Assembly: GCA_963769425.1 (NCBI GenBank)
Contig: CAVYLP010000003.1
Coordinates: 160,001-224,000 of the forward strand
Source of the DNA: Candidatus Bathyarchaeota archaeon
GTDB taxonomy: Archaea; Thermoproteota; Bathyarchaeia; TCS64
Direction of reading: 5' to 3'
DNA length: 64,000 nucleotides
Each line of letters begins with the position of its first letter. Position 1 is the stretch's first letter. The position numbers and the translations under genes were made by a program. Under the pieces are notes generated by a model. It saw only the letters and a list, made by a program, of their open reading frames with translations. It was not told where the DNA came from and made no database searches. Below, piece after piece: positions 1 to 10,124 of the stretch.

Positions 1-266
1 GGGACGAAGTCGGGCAGGGACCACGATAAGTTCAAGGAATGCAAACTCACCGCTCAAGAAGGGCATCGAGGTTGACGCCTCCATATATCGAGGAGTGCCC
101 CGTACACATCGAGTGCACTACCGTCTTCAAGACTGACATGAAGCCTGGCCAGCTCGAGTCTGGCTTAGAGAAGGAGATGTACAAGACGAAGGACTTCCAC
201 ATGCTCTACATGGGTGAGGTCAAGGGCGTCTACGCCGTAAAGGACGCCGAGAAGAAGCTCATGTAG
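1..266 (+). CDS. Flavin reductase-like (FMN-binding split barrel) protein, 5' truncated, with apparent frameshift(s) near 50-80
   Basis: Frame 1 reads GTKSGRDHDKFKECKLT and the ORF-track frame continues PYIEECPVHIEC...HMLYMGEV; both are flavin reductase family motifs. Confidence 0.7.
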
Positions 267-749
267 GTGAAACTCTTGAAGGTCCTAATAGTCTACGACT
301 CAAGCACCGGCAACACGGAGAAGATGGCACACGCTGTCGAGGACGGCGTCAAGAAGGCCGGCGTCGACCTCGTCATGAAGCACGTCGACGAGTCAAGCGT
401 GGACGAGCTACCACAGTACCAAGGGCTCATCCTCGGCTCACCCGTCTACTACGGCCTGCCTAGCGGGAAGATCAAGAAGTTCATAGACGAGTCGGTCAAG
501 TATCACGGGAAGCTTGACGGCATGGTGGGCGGCGCATTCGCGAGCGCGGGCGGAACCCACACGGGAGCGGAGAGCACAATCATCGCCATCAACGAGATGC
601 TCCTTGTCCACGGGATGGTGATCCAGGGCTCATCAGCGGGCAGTCACTACGGCGCATCCTCGGTAGGCTCACCTAACGATGCTAGCCTAGAGGCGTGCAA
701 GAAGCTCGGCGAACGCGTCGGCAAACTCGTTAAGAAGCTGAACAAGTAG
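267..749 (+). CDS. Flavodoxin / WrbA-like NAD(P)H-dependent oxidoreductase
   Basis: YDSSTGNTEKMA FMN loop, GSPVYYG, GGAFASAGGTHTGAE. Confidence 0.9.
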   Translation: MKLLKVLIVYDSSTGNTEKMAHAVEDGVKKAGVDLVMKHVDESSVDELPQYQGLILGSPVYYGLPSGKIKKFIDESVKYHGKLDGMVGGAFASAGGTHTGAESTIIAINEMLLVHGMVIQGSSAGSHYGASSVGSPNDASLEACKKLGERVGKLVKKLNK

Positions 750-787
750 GGGAAACCATTTTCTCCCCAAACCCGCGCTTTACCTTC

Positions 788-1750
788 ATGGCACCCAAAG
801 CCGTCGACAGCATCCTAGACGTGATCGGGAATACTCCACTAGTGAAACTACACAGGGTCGTTCCCAAGAACGGCGCAGATATTTACACAAAACTCGAATA
901 CCTCAACCCCAGCGGCAGCTATAAGGACCGCATCGCCTTGGAGATGATCCGTTCCGCGGAAGCAGAGGGTAAACTCAAGCCCGGCTACACAATCGTCGAA
1001 GCGTCCACCGGTAACACGGGGACCGCCCTAAGCTTCGTCGGGGCACGACTCGGCTACAACGTCGAGATCTACATGCCCGAGGGCATGACCCGCGAAAGAA
1101 TAAAGATCATGGAGAGCTACGGCGCCAAGGTCCACGAGTTGAAGATCGAGGGCCTAGACTCGAATGGGAGCGTCGCCGGTGCGGAGGTCGAGTTCATCCC
1201 CCGACAGAAGTGCCTCGATCTGGAGCGGAGCAACCCGAAGATCTGGTGGGCGAGGCAGTTCAGTAACCCAGCTAACTGGAGGGCACATATAGTCACGGGG
1301 AACGAGATCCTCGAGCAAATGAACGGCAATATAGACGCCTTTGTCGCCAGCATTGGCGTAGGTGGTACCCTCTACGGCGTCGCCAAGGCCCTGAAGGAAA
1401 AGCTCCCCAAGTGCAAGGTCATTGGCTTAGAGCCAGCATCCGCCCAGTATGCGATCAGTAATGGCATAACCTCCCCGCCGGGAATCAGCAAGGAGATCTC
1501 TGGTGGAATAATCGAGGAGATGATGGAGAGCGGCCTCATCGACAAAGTCGTCAAGGTCACGAATGAGGACGCGATAAAGACCTCCGACCGCCTCGTTCGG
1601 GAGGAGGGACTATTCTGCGGCATCTCTGCAGGCGCCAACGTCTACTACTCCATCAAGGTTGCCGAGGATCTTGGTAAGGGCAAGCGCGTAGTCACAGTCC
1701 TCCCGGATCACAGGGACAGATATCTCAGCGAGAAGAAGTATACAACCTAG
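788..1750 (+). CDS. cysK: PLP-dependent cysteine synthase family protein
   Basis: IGNTPLV, KLEYLNPSGSYKDR (PLP lysine), EASTGNTG, GVGGT, GISAGAN. Confidence 0.88.
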   Translation: MAPKAVDSILDVIGNTPLVKLHRVVPKNGADIYTKLEYLNPSGSYKDRIALEMIRSAEAEGKLKPGYTIVEASTGNTGTALSFVGARLGYNVEIYMPEGMTRERIKIMESYGAKVHELKIEGLDSNGSVAGAEVEFIPRQKCLDLERSNPKIWWARQFSNPANWRAHIVTGNEILEQMNGNIDAFVASIGVGGTLYGVAKALKEKLPKCKVIGLEPASAQYAISNGITSPPGISKEISGGIIEEMMESGLIDKVVKVTNEDAIKTSDRLVREEGLFCGISAGANVYYSIKVAEDLGKGKRVVTVLPDHRDRYLSEKKYTT

Positions 1751-1824
1751 TGGCTTCCACATTTTCATGATTTATCCAGAAAATTACTCGTGATATTTTT
1801 AACTAAGAATAGGAACATCATGGT

Positions 1825-2466
1825 GTGTCTTCCCGGGAAAAATTAGTCGACGCTTTCCTCAATCTGGATGAACTCAGAACACAACAGGTAGTCAAATCGA
1901 TGTTGGATAAAGGAGTGGACCCAGTTGAGATCCTTGAAGAATGTAGAATAGGAATGCTCGAAATCGGGGAGCGCTTCGAGAGGGGTGACTTCTTCCTATC
2001 CGAGATGATCATGGCCGCTGAGATCTTCAAGCAGGTGACAGATCAGATTAAGCCACACTTGGTCGGTTCAGACTCAGCTAGAGGTACGATAGTAATCGGG
2101 ACGGTTTCTGGTGATGTTCATGACATCGGCAAGAACATATTCATCTCGCTGCTCGAGGTTGAGGGATTCCGCGTTGTCGACCTTGGTGTTGACGTACACT
2201 CAGAGAAGTTTGTCGAGGCTATCTTGGAACATAAGCCGGAAATCGTGGGTATGAGCTGTCTTCTCAGCAACTCAATCGATGAGATGAAGATAACCGTAGA
2301 CGCTATCACCCAAGCGGGGCTCAGAGATAAGACGAAGATCATTGTCGGGGGAGGAAGACTCGAAGGGGATGCCGCCGAGTACATCAAGGCGGATGCCTAC
2401 ACAGATAATGCAGCTAAGGGTGTGAAACTGTGCTTGGAGCTGCTGAGAGGTGAAGATGTTGAGTGA
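1825..2466 (+). CDS. Cobalamin-binding corrinoid protein (MtaC/MttC-like)
   Basis: N-terminal cap domain, GDVHDIGKN (DxHxxG), DLGVDV, GMSCLL, IVGGG. Confidence 0.92.
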   Translation: MSSREKLVDAFLNLDELRTQQVVKSMLDKGVDPVEILEECRIGMLEIGERFERGDFFLSEMIMAAEIFKQVTDQIKPHLVGSDSARGTIVIGTVSGDVHDIGKNIFISLLEVEGFRVVDLGVDVHSEKFVEAILEHKPEIVGMSCLLSNSIDEMKITVDAITQAGLRDKTKIIVGGGRLEGDAAEYIKADAYTDNAAKGVKLCLELLRGEDVE

Positions 2467-3685
2467 GGACTTCGAGGAACTCTACAGACTCCGTCAGGAG
2501 AGGATCAGCCGAGTTGTACAGTTGAAGGAGCCTGACAGGGTTCCTCTAGTTGAGAGTTATGGATACTTCGCTGCAAGATACGCTGGGATAACCAGTTACG
2601 AATTCCTCTATGACTACGATAAAGCGCGGGAGGCCTCTGTAAAAACCGCGGTCGACTTCGGTTATGACACAGCGGGTGGCATGAATACCCTCGGAGCACT
2701 TCCATTATCGGTGGCTTTCATAGGCGAGTTCGACGGGTTACCTCCAAGCTTCGTCAACGGACCTATGCATGACATCCTTGGTGTTAGGTACGCTAGGTTC
2801 CCTGGGCGGGAGCTCACAATCGACTCGCCTTTCCAATTCATTGGTGAGGAATACATGAAGGCGGACGAGTATGATCAATTGATTGAGGAGCCAAAGAAGT
2901 TCATTGCTGAGAAGCTTCTTCCGCGCACGCTTCGAAGCCTCGAGAATCCCGGCTCTGCGAGGGCTATGTCTGCTTTGTACCGATGGGGGGTCGAGCACAG
3001 GAGGAGCTCGGAGGAGGCGGCTAGACTCAGGCAGGAACTGAGGATGTGGGGTTTCGCGGGCTTCACTGAAGGCATCTCATACGCGCCACTTGACTTCATA
3101 GGCGACTTCATGAGGGATCTAAAGAACACCCTGCTTGACTGCTACAGGCAACCCGACAAGGTGAAGCAGGCAGCCGAAGCCGTTAAGGGCCTAATCATAG
3201 AGATGGCGAGGATCACGGCAAAAACTACGCCAAAGGGCGCAATCGTCTTCATTCCTCTGCACCTGAATGAGTATTTTTCGCCAAAGCAGTACAGCGAGTT
3301 CTACTGGCCCACATTAAAGGACGTCATTAACGAGCTCATCAAGTTAGGGATTACACCAGAGGTCTTCTACGAGGGACAGCACGACGCACACATCGAAACC
3401 ATACTCGAGTTACCCAAGGGTAAGACTATATCGCGGTTTGAGAAGACGGACCTGAATAAGGCGAAGCGTATAATTGGTGACCACTCCTGCATCATAGGAG
3501 GTCCCCCAGCGTCTCTGTTCCTGACGACTCCAGCCAAGGTCGACGCTTACGTTAAAGAGTTGTTTAGCGAGGTCAAGCAGGGGGGTGGATTCATACTGAG
3601 CCCTTCAGTGCCGATACCGTCCTCCTCGAAGCCTGAAAACGTGAAGGCCTTGATGGATGCTGTTAAGAAGTACGGAGTCTATTAA
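2456..3685 (+). CDS. Uroporphyrinogen decarboxylase-family corrinoid-dependent methyltransferase
   Basis: EPDRVP N-terminus, FSPKQYSEFYWP, GGGFILS...PENVKALMDAVKKYG C-terminus; overlaps the corrinoid gene. Confidence 0.8.
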   Translation: MLSEDFEELYRLRQERISRVVQLKEPDRVPLVESYGYFAARYAGITSYEFLYDYDKAREASVKTAVDFGYDTAGGMNTLGALPLSVAFIGEFDGLPPSFVNGPMHDILGVRYARFPGRELTIDSPFQFIGEEYMKADEYDQLIEEPKKFIAEKLLPRTLRSLENPGSARAMSALYRWGVEHRRSSEEAARLRQELRMWGFAGFTEGISYAPLDFIGDFMRDLKNTLLDCYRQPDKVKQAAEAVKGLIIEMARITAKTTPKGAIVFIPLHLNEYFSPKQYSEFYWPTLKDVINELIKLGITPEVFYEGQHDAHIETILELPKGKTISRFEKTDLNKAKRIIGDHSCIIGGPPASLFLTTPAKVDAYVKELFSEVKQGGGFILSPSVPIPSSSKPENVKALMDAVKKYGVY

Positions 3686-3742
3686 TCGCTAACCTTTTAC
3701 GCATTATAAGATGCTTGTTTCTGATTAATCTCTGTTCTCCAA

Positions 3743-3901
3743 TTAATTATCGGAGACATAGTCCGAAGATTTTACCTCCTCATCTTCAATTTTTCCTGAA
3801 ATGTTATAGAGTCTTAGATTGATTTCGTTGAGGCTTTCCTCGTGTTCTTTTAAGATGGTTATTAAGAAATCTAGGGCGTCTATATTGTCGTTTAAGCTCA
3901 T
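3743..3901 (-). CDS. Small hypothetical protein, 52 aa, below the ORF-track cutoff
   Basis: Manual translation MSLNDNIDALDFLITILKEHEESLNEINLRLYNISGKIEDEEVKSSDYVSDN; ATG start and amphipathic helix pattern. Confidence 0.55.
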   Translation of the reverse strand: MSLNDNIDALDFLITILKEHEESLNEINLRLYNISGKIEDEEVKSSDYVSDN

Positions 3902-4383
3902 ATTTCGGTGTGCATCTCTTCGGATTAAAAGTCATTATGGTTTTGAAGTTCATCAAATTAAAAAACTCAATTAACCTTATGAGAATGCGTTAATCTCTTT
4001 TTTTACGCGAAAAATAGTATGATGTGGTAAGGAGTTGACTTATTGCATAAGGGTGGTTGAGACGATGGGTGGCCCCATCGGCTTTGAGTCGAAGGTTAGT
4101 GAAGCTATACATTTCATGACTAAGCTGCTTCTTAAAATCAGACGACGACTTGGAACTGGCTAAAACTGAAAAACTGCTCCAGATTTTTAAAATTTGAAGG
4201 CGTGGGCCCTCTTTGGGTCTTTATGTTGGGGCTTGACAGAGAATCCCAGAGGTCTGGAATAGTCGAACTAAGGGGGTTATGTGACACGTTAGATTCGTTA
4301 TGGATTTACAATATTAAGAAAGTACTTATTACATTACTATTAAAGCACGTTCATATTAAATAATTACAAGCCATGATCAAAAG

Positions 4384-4704
4384 ATGATGGACTTCCCTGA
4401 CTCGCATGCGCATAAGGAGGAAACGCAGCCAACGAACTGTCCGCTATGCGGTAGAAATATGACGCTGATACATGACTTAACGGACTTCAGTGTTCAACTC
4501 TGCTACACGCATGGAGTGTTTGTTGTGGATAAGCCGACGAGAGATGTTTGGATCTTGGAGGGCTTCAAGGGGGAGATGGTGCCGATTAAACGCAAGTGGT
4601 ACACAGTTGAGAACCACAAACCGCTCACCCTAGACAAGTACAGGGACATGGTAAAAATGGCTAATCTTAAGCGGCTGGAGGAAAAGTCAGCTATCCGTTC
4701 TTAG
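4384..4704 (+). CDS. Hypothetical protein with possible Zn finger
   Basis: CPLC...CYTH motif; AT-rich promoter-like upstream sequence. Confidence 0.55.
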   Translation: MMDFPDSHAHKEETQPTNCPLCGRNMTLIHDLTDFSVQLCYTHGVFVVDKPTRDVWILEGFKGEMVPIKRKWYTVENHKPLTLDKYRDMVKMANLKRLEEKSAIRS

Positions 4705-4873
4705 CATTGCGTAAAATACCCATGTTCCTCTTATTGGGGGTATTCATCGAAATTTGTTTAGTATTAATTCCCTCTATTCGGATTGAGCAGATTATAAAGA
4801 AAGCGTTTGTCGATTTTTTAGTCTAGCTATTCTAGAAATCATAATAATAAAAACAGAAAAAATTAAAGATAAA

Positions 4874-5434
4874 TTAAACCATTAAGTTATCGTTTTTCTT
4901 CTTTTCTCCAATAATTGCTCTTAGTTGCCTTATTTCAGACTCTTTTTGAATTAATTCTCTTTCTAAGGTTTCGATGTATACATCTTGGGCACGAATAGCC
5001 CCATCCATTTTAGCAGCTAGGTCATTTATTAATGCTCCTTGGCTTACTATAGATACGTTAGGTACATCCACTATCTCTTGATTCAATTCAAAGTATATTT
5101 CTCTTATTTCGTTTAAATGTTTTAATGTCTCTGAGTCCATAATATTAAATCTTACACTATCTTCCATGGCCTTCAATGTTATTCTTGTTGATTCCTCATA
5201 GTTTTTAAGTTTTTCAAGATTTGAGGAAAAAGTTACGGCATCTATTACTTCAATCATCTTTTTCGAATTTTCTTCAAATAATCGTATTTGTTCTACCGCT
5301 GCTTCTAGTCCTTTATTATAGGAAGCATCCGATCGAATTATCTTGTTTGTTATTTCAGGTTTTTCTTCGGGACTTGATTTTTCCACATTTTCCTTGGACT
5401 CATCAACTGTGTCTTTTTTCGTTTCTTGGCTCAT
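4874..5434 (-). CDS. Hypothetical coiled-coil protein
   Basis: 186-aa ORF in AT-rich DNA, E/K-rich with heptad-like C-terminus. Confidence 0.6.
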   Translation of the reverse strand: MSQETKKDTVDESKENVEKSSPEEKPEITNKIIRSDASYNKGLEAAVEQIRLFEENSKKMIEVIDAVTFSSNLEKLKNYEESTRITLKAMEDSVRFNIMDSETLKHLNEIREIYFELNQEIVDVPNVSIVSQGALINDLAAKMDGAIRAQDVYIETLERELIQKESEIRQLRAIIGEKKKNDNLMV

Positions 5435-5728
5435 GATTCCTTTAATTATTAATAGTTTATTTAAAATTTCCGAGTTGGTTAATTATTTTTAGAGTCGTAA
5501 AGAATCGTGCGTGTTAAAAAATTGCAGAATCTCATGGATCATTTTGGATACTTTATGGACATAATCACACTCTAGTGAAAAATACTGCGCATAATCTATA
5601 AACCAGGTATAACAATCTAACCCTCCCTAAAGAATTCGTAGAAGTATAACAATCGCCCATTGGTAAGAGGCTTAATGATAGGGAAAAAAAATGATACGAT
5701 ACTGATTGGTGGAGGGATACTTCTGTAT

Positions 5729-5947
5729 TTATTTTGAGAAATTTAGGTTACGATTATTAACTATTTGTTTCTTCTTCAGCGTATAGAGAAGCAATTTATC
5801 GAACTCTTCGAGGTCGAGTTCCATATTGGAAAGACCTTTTAGGTCGAATACCTCGCCGCATTCTTCACAGATATATTTTTCGTCGTCGATACAGTTCAAT
5901 GTACCTTCACATGCTGTGCAGCGAAACTTGTGAAGCTGGGCAATCAT
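5729..5947 (-). CDS. Small Zn-ribbon protein
   Basis: CTAC...CEEC motif. Confidence 0.5.
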   Translation of the reverse strand: MIAQLHKFRCTACEGTLNCIDDEKYICEECGEVFDLKGLSNMELDLEEFDKLLLYTLKKKQIVNNRNLNFSK

Positions 5948-6186
5948 TTATCTTCATTATTAGAGTTACATTTAATGATAATAAATCATTACGGAGTGTT
6001 ATACGATATGAACAATCCATTGGTTTTTCTGGTTGTTTCAGATCTGTTATAATCCATCGGTCGGTTTCTAAACTCAATAATGCTCGAATCAGGAAAAAGA
6101 TTGAGACGATGGTGAACTACAGGAGTTAGGGAAAAAATCTAAAACTATGCACATTTAGCGAACGCTAGCTTGCATATGGGTATTCG

Positions 6187-7269
6187 CTATGTTTGAGGTT
6201 CACGATCCCTCCTCAGAGAACCAGCGGCGCAGTGGATCGAGCCACTGTTCCTCGGGCCGACGAGGCTCGGTATGTCAACTTCGACAACCTCAACTCCGAT
6301 ACTTTCAAGCCATTTCGTGGTTTTCGGCTCACCTGATGGAATGAGAACCTTCATGGGCTCCAGTACGACCCCAGTCTCTGGGCCAACCGGCATACCCTGA
6401 TCCACGCGGCAGATTTCGTCTGGTGGGACCACGAACTTCCAATCCATCTCGCTCCTGAGCCACTCGAGGAAATATTTGTCGAGCCACTTGGGGTTCGCGA
6501 CCGATGTGTGTCTGTCGATCATACAGTAGTGGGTGAGCTGTGGGCGGGGACCATACCCGGGGAGGATCCTGACATCCACCTCAGGGTCCTGTGTGTGGAT
6601 GATTCGTCTGAGCTGCTCGTGACCCCAGTCGTTCGCCCTCCAGACCTCCTGTTCCATTGTGTTTGACCTGGGATAGTGGACGGCGGCGAAGAGGTGTTTT
6701 TCGTCTAACCACCCGATGTTGCCGCCCTCAGCCATTCCTTTCCCTGTGATCATGCCGACGACGGGGCACCCGGCCTCCGCCAGGGCTTGGTAGGTGGGTA
6801 GCTCCTCTCCCTTCCTGATGTTATCGTACATCCTAAGTATCACCTGCCCATAGACTGCGGGATGGCAGACATCGTCAGTGTAGATGGCCTTTACTTGGTA
6901 GGGTGGGTCGTTAGGGTCGGGCTTTCTCTCGACCACTTCGACCCCCTCCTCCCTGTAGGCCTTCGCGAGTCTCTCGTGGTCTTGGATGAGCTCCGCTAGG
7001 TCATTTGGCTTGTAGCTCGTCCTCCACGCGGATAGGCTTGAGTCGTGGGGTGGCCATGGTGTCGGTTTGCCTATGCTTAGGAACTCCTTCCCAGGTTTGT
7101 GGAGGAGTACCGTACGGAGCTTCCCGATTGTTGTGTTTGATTTCCAGTTCTTCCCCCAGACTTTGGGCATCTCCTCCTCGAAGTCTGAGAGGATCTGCGG
7201 GTGATGCTTCATGTACTGCTCGTGGAGCGTCATCCCCGTTTTTTCCTTGAACTCGTCAACCTCATCCAT
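6187..7269 (-). CDS. Pentein (amidinotransferase / DDAH / arginine deiminase-like) family protein
   Basis: GKLRTVLLHKPG, YTDD, RKGEE, AEGGN, C-terminal GSIHC nucleophile motif. Confidence 0.85.
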   Translation of the reverse strand: MDEVDEFKEKTGMTLHEQYMKHHPQILSDFEEEMPKVWGKNWKSNTTIGKLRTVLLHKPGKEFLSIGKPTPWPPHDSSLSAWRTSYKPNDLAELIQDHERLAKAYREEGVEVVERKPDPNDPPYQVKAIYTDDVCHPAVYGQVILRMYDNIRKGEELPTYQALAEAGCPVVGMITGKGMAEGGNIGWLDEKHLFAAVHYPRSNTMEQEVWRANDWGHEQLRRIIHTQDPEVDVRILPGYGPRPQLTHYCMIDRHTSVANPKWLDKYFLEWLRSEMDWKFVVPPDEICRVDQGMPVGPETGVVLEPMKVLIPSGEPKTTKWLESIGVEVVEVDIPSLVGPRNSGSIHCAAGSLRRDREPQT

Positions 7270-7387
7270 GAATTAGACCCATTATCTAAGGGTCAGTTGG
7301 ACTTTAAATTATCGTGCACCCGATTTCTGGGGATCATTACATACTATAATTCTATTTTCGGGTACAATCGTATCCACTACTATAGGC

Positions 7388-8347
7388 TTAGTTGAAATAG
7401 CGAGCACGCAGACGGGTTAAATTACCTCTTAAGGTCTTGAGGGGGGAATAGGACTTACTGAAGATGTTCATGATCCCCTCAGGCTCGATCATCAATACAG
7501 CGATGATGACTAGTGTAGGTATTAGTCCCTCCCAATCCGCGGCCGCAATTCCATACCGCAATATCAGAAGCTGAGTCAATCCCTTCTGTACTAATGTAAT
7601 AAGGAGTCCACCGATTACCGCTCCCGTGATGCTTTGGAGCCCACCCATGACGCTTCCCGCCATGACGATCACTAGGAATGTATCGGTGTAACCTAAGCCG
7701 GTATATTGCCATAGTGGGATTATGGCACCTACGAGGCCAGCTAAGACGCCTGTAAGTAGCCATGTTAAGATGTGAATTCTGTGTACGTTTACTCCGAAAA
7801 CTGAGGCTAGAGACTCGTCTTCTGCGACAGCTCGCATGGCGATGCCTAATTTTGCTCTTGTCAGGAATAAGTAAATGGTAGCGACGATCACTGCGCAAAG
7901 GGGCAGGCTCACGATTAGAACGCCGGGGTATCCCTGCCACGTGAAGTCAAAGGAGGCTAGCCAGAACCCTTCAGTTGGGTAACCTTGGTTATACAAAAAC
8001 CAGTAGCTAAACACATCCACTAGGGAACCGATGATCATGGATATTGCGAAGAAGACGAAGGTGAGGGTGATTATATTGGCGCCATTCTCCTTGATCGGTC
8101 GCACCACCACGAAGTAGAGGCCCACAGTGAGGATACCGCATAGAACCGCTGATATTGCCCATGTCGAGTATGGGTTGAAACCCCATATTCTGACGAGTGC
8201 GTAGGCAATCATGGTGCCAATCATTGCGATTGCTGTATGGCCAAAGTTTGGGAACTTCTCCATTTGGTAGATGAATGTGAATCCTATGCATAGAATTATC
8301 ATTAAGCACGATTGGACGATGATATTAACTAGAATAGCGTTGGGCAT
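7388..8347 (-). CDS. Branched-chain amino acid ABC transporter permease (LivH-like)
   Basis: GFTFIY...PNFGH, KLGIAMRAVAED...GVN, VMGGLQSITGAVIGG, EPEGI. Confidence 0.85.
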   Translation of the reverse strand: MPNAILVNIIVQSCLMIILCIGFTFIYQMEKFPNFGHTAIAMIGTMIAYALVRIWGFNPYSTWAISAVLCGILTVGLYFVVVRPIKENGANIITLTFVFFAISMIIGSLVDVFSYWFLYNQGYPTEGFWLASFDFTWQGYPGVLIVSLPLCAVIVATIYLFLTRAKLGIAMRAVAEDESLASVFGVNVHRIHILTWLLTGVLAGLVGAIIPLWQYTGLGYTDTFLVIVMAGSVMGGLQSITGAVIGGLLITLVQKGLTQLLILRYGIAAADWEGLIPTLVIIAVLMIEPEGIMNIFSKSYSPLKTLRGNLTRLRARYFN

Positions 8348-8476
8348 TGGTGACCCTCTTATAGTTATTTTGTATGTTCTGGATCATAAGATGGTAACCA
8401 ACCGTTATTGAACATAAATCAATTACCTATTGGAGGATTTGCCAATATAAGCTTTATGAACAAGGTTCAACAATTA

Positions 8477-9073
8477 ATGTGTGTGCCCACACGCAGCATC
8501 ATTCGCGACAAGGATGAAAAGATAAGGCTCATCTACGAGTCCTTCGCCAGGCTTGTGAGGAAGGAAGGTTACGAGAGGGTTAGCACCCGGGGGATTGCTA
8601 AGGACGCGGGCATTAGCATAGGTATAATATACCATTATTTTCAAGAGGGTAAGCCCGAGATAGCGGCAGGGTTCTGGGAGGAGTCGCTAAACGTGATGAT
8701 GGACCCTATCTCTATTCTCAAGGGCTCCGATGAAGACATTAAGAGGGAGATAATGCTCCACCTAGAGAACCATCGTAAAAATGAGGCGCTATACAGAGCC
8801 TTCGATCAAGCGATCCTGGAGAAACAGGACCTCTTTAAAGGGTTAAAACAGAGTAGAGCAAAGTTAATCGAGGGCAAGATTCGTGCTGGCTTCTCAGAGG
8901 TAAACTCACCGACTCAGTTGAGTGAACTCGCTGAAAAGTATCTCATGGTTTACGGTTTAGTGGACGCCATTGTTCATAGGCACCTTTTCCAGGCACGTTT
9001 CGCGAAGACTGATGAGAAATTGGTGAATATTCTCAGTGAATTGTCTCTCGATTTATTGAGGAAAGAGTTGTGA
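8477..9073 (+). CDS. TetR/AcrR family transcriptional regulator
   Basis: GYERVSTRGIAKDAGISIGIIYHYF helix-turn-helix; start uncertain (8477 or 8483). Confidence 0.88.
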   Translation: MCVPTRSIIRDKDEKIRLIYESFARLVRKEGYERVSTRGIAKDAGISIGIIYHYFQEGKPEIAAGFWEESLNVMMDPISILKGSDEDIKREIMLHLENHRKNEALYRAFDQAILEKQDLFKGLKQSRAKLIEGKIRAGFSEVNSPTQLSELAEKYLMVYGLVDAIVHRHLFQARFAKTDEKLVNILSELSLDLLRKEL

Positions 9074-9336
9074 ACGAGCTCCGCTGAGCAATCTGGACTA
9101 GGATATATTTTGCATACATACAGAGAAAACTTATGACATCCAAGGAAAGCATTAGTGATGGTGGGGAATGCTCAGCTATTGGAGAAGGTATAAAAATATT
9201 TTATGGTTAGTGAGATTCAACGATTTAAAACATCCTCACCTAAAAGCATCAACGATTATGATGAGGGTTCAATGGTTGAAAACGTCAGCAGTGATTAGGA
9301 GAATTTCGCACAGCTTTACGCCTTAGGAGGTTTAAT

Positions 9337-10011
9337 TTGGAGAGGGATCGTTATGGTATTGACTTGACGAACCTATTGTTCAGAGGCGACCCCTATCTGA
9401 GGGAATTCGACGCCACGATAGTAAGCGTGGGTGATAACTTCGTGGTCCTTGATAGGACGTGTTTCTTCCCCAAGGGAGGCGGACAAGTCGGGGACACCGG
9501 CGTCCTATCGGGAGTGAGAGTTTTGGACACGCTCAAGGAGGGGGAGGAGGTTCGACACATCCTCGAAGGGGACTATAAGTTCCTCCCTGGGCAACCTGTT
9601 CATGGTGTGATTGACTGGGATAGGCGATACAGGATTATGCGCCTCCACTCGGCTTCCCATCTTGTCTATTATGCTATGAAGGAGACCTTCGGGTTAAAAT
9701 GTGTACCAGCATCATCTGGGCTTCTTGACGATGCGAAGGATAGATCTGACTACCTATTCGACTCCCCCCTGGACAGGGTGAAGCTAGCAGAGGTGGAGGA
9801 GAGGGTTAACCGACTGATAGTCGAGGGTATACCAATAACGCACGGGCAGGAATCGGATGGAGAGAGACTCCTTTGGAGGGTAGCCCTCTTCCCACCAATG
9901 GAATGTGGGGGGACCCACGTCAGAAACACAGCGGAGATCGGGCGAATCTCCATTAAACGGGGTAGTAAACCGGGCAGGGGAAAGGAGCGTATCGAGTTAA
10001 CACTTGTCTAG
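9337..10011 (+). CDS. alaX: Alanyl-tRNA editing protein AlaX-M
   Basis: DRTCFFPKGGGQVGDTG, MRLHSASHL and ECGGTHV Zn-binding motifs. Confidence 0.9.
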   Translation: MERDRYGIDLTNLLFRGDPYLREFDATIVSVGDNFVVLDRTCFFPKGGGQVGDTGVLSGVRVLDTLKEGEEVRHILEGDYKFLPGQPVHGVIDWDRRYRIMRLHSASHLVYYAMKETFGLKCVPASSGLLDDAKDRSDYLFDSPLDRVKLAEVEERVNRLIVEGIPITHGQESDGERLLWRVALFPPMECGGTHVRNTAEIGRISIKRGSKPGRGKERIELTLV

Positions 10012-10124
10012 TTTATTGCTGAACTCGGATCTTAATTTATTGAGTTTTCTCGTATGCAATAGATCTCATGTTGGTATTCTCGGATAGGCTTCCACATCAG
10101 CTGCCTCTCAACATCGGTGAAGAT

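Noticed and set aside
4066-4100. GTGGCCCCATCGGCTTTGAGTCG as a tRNA 3'-end/att remnant
   Set aside because: Only a vague resemblance and no match to the tRNA-Tyr end
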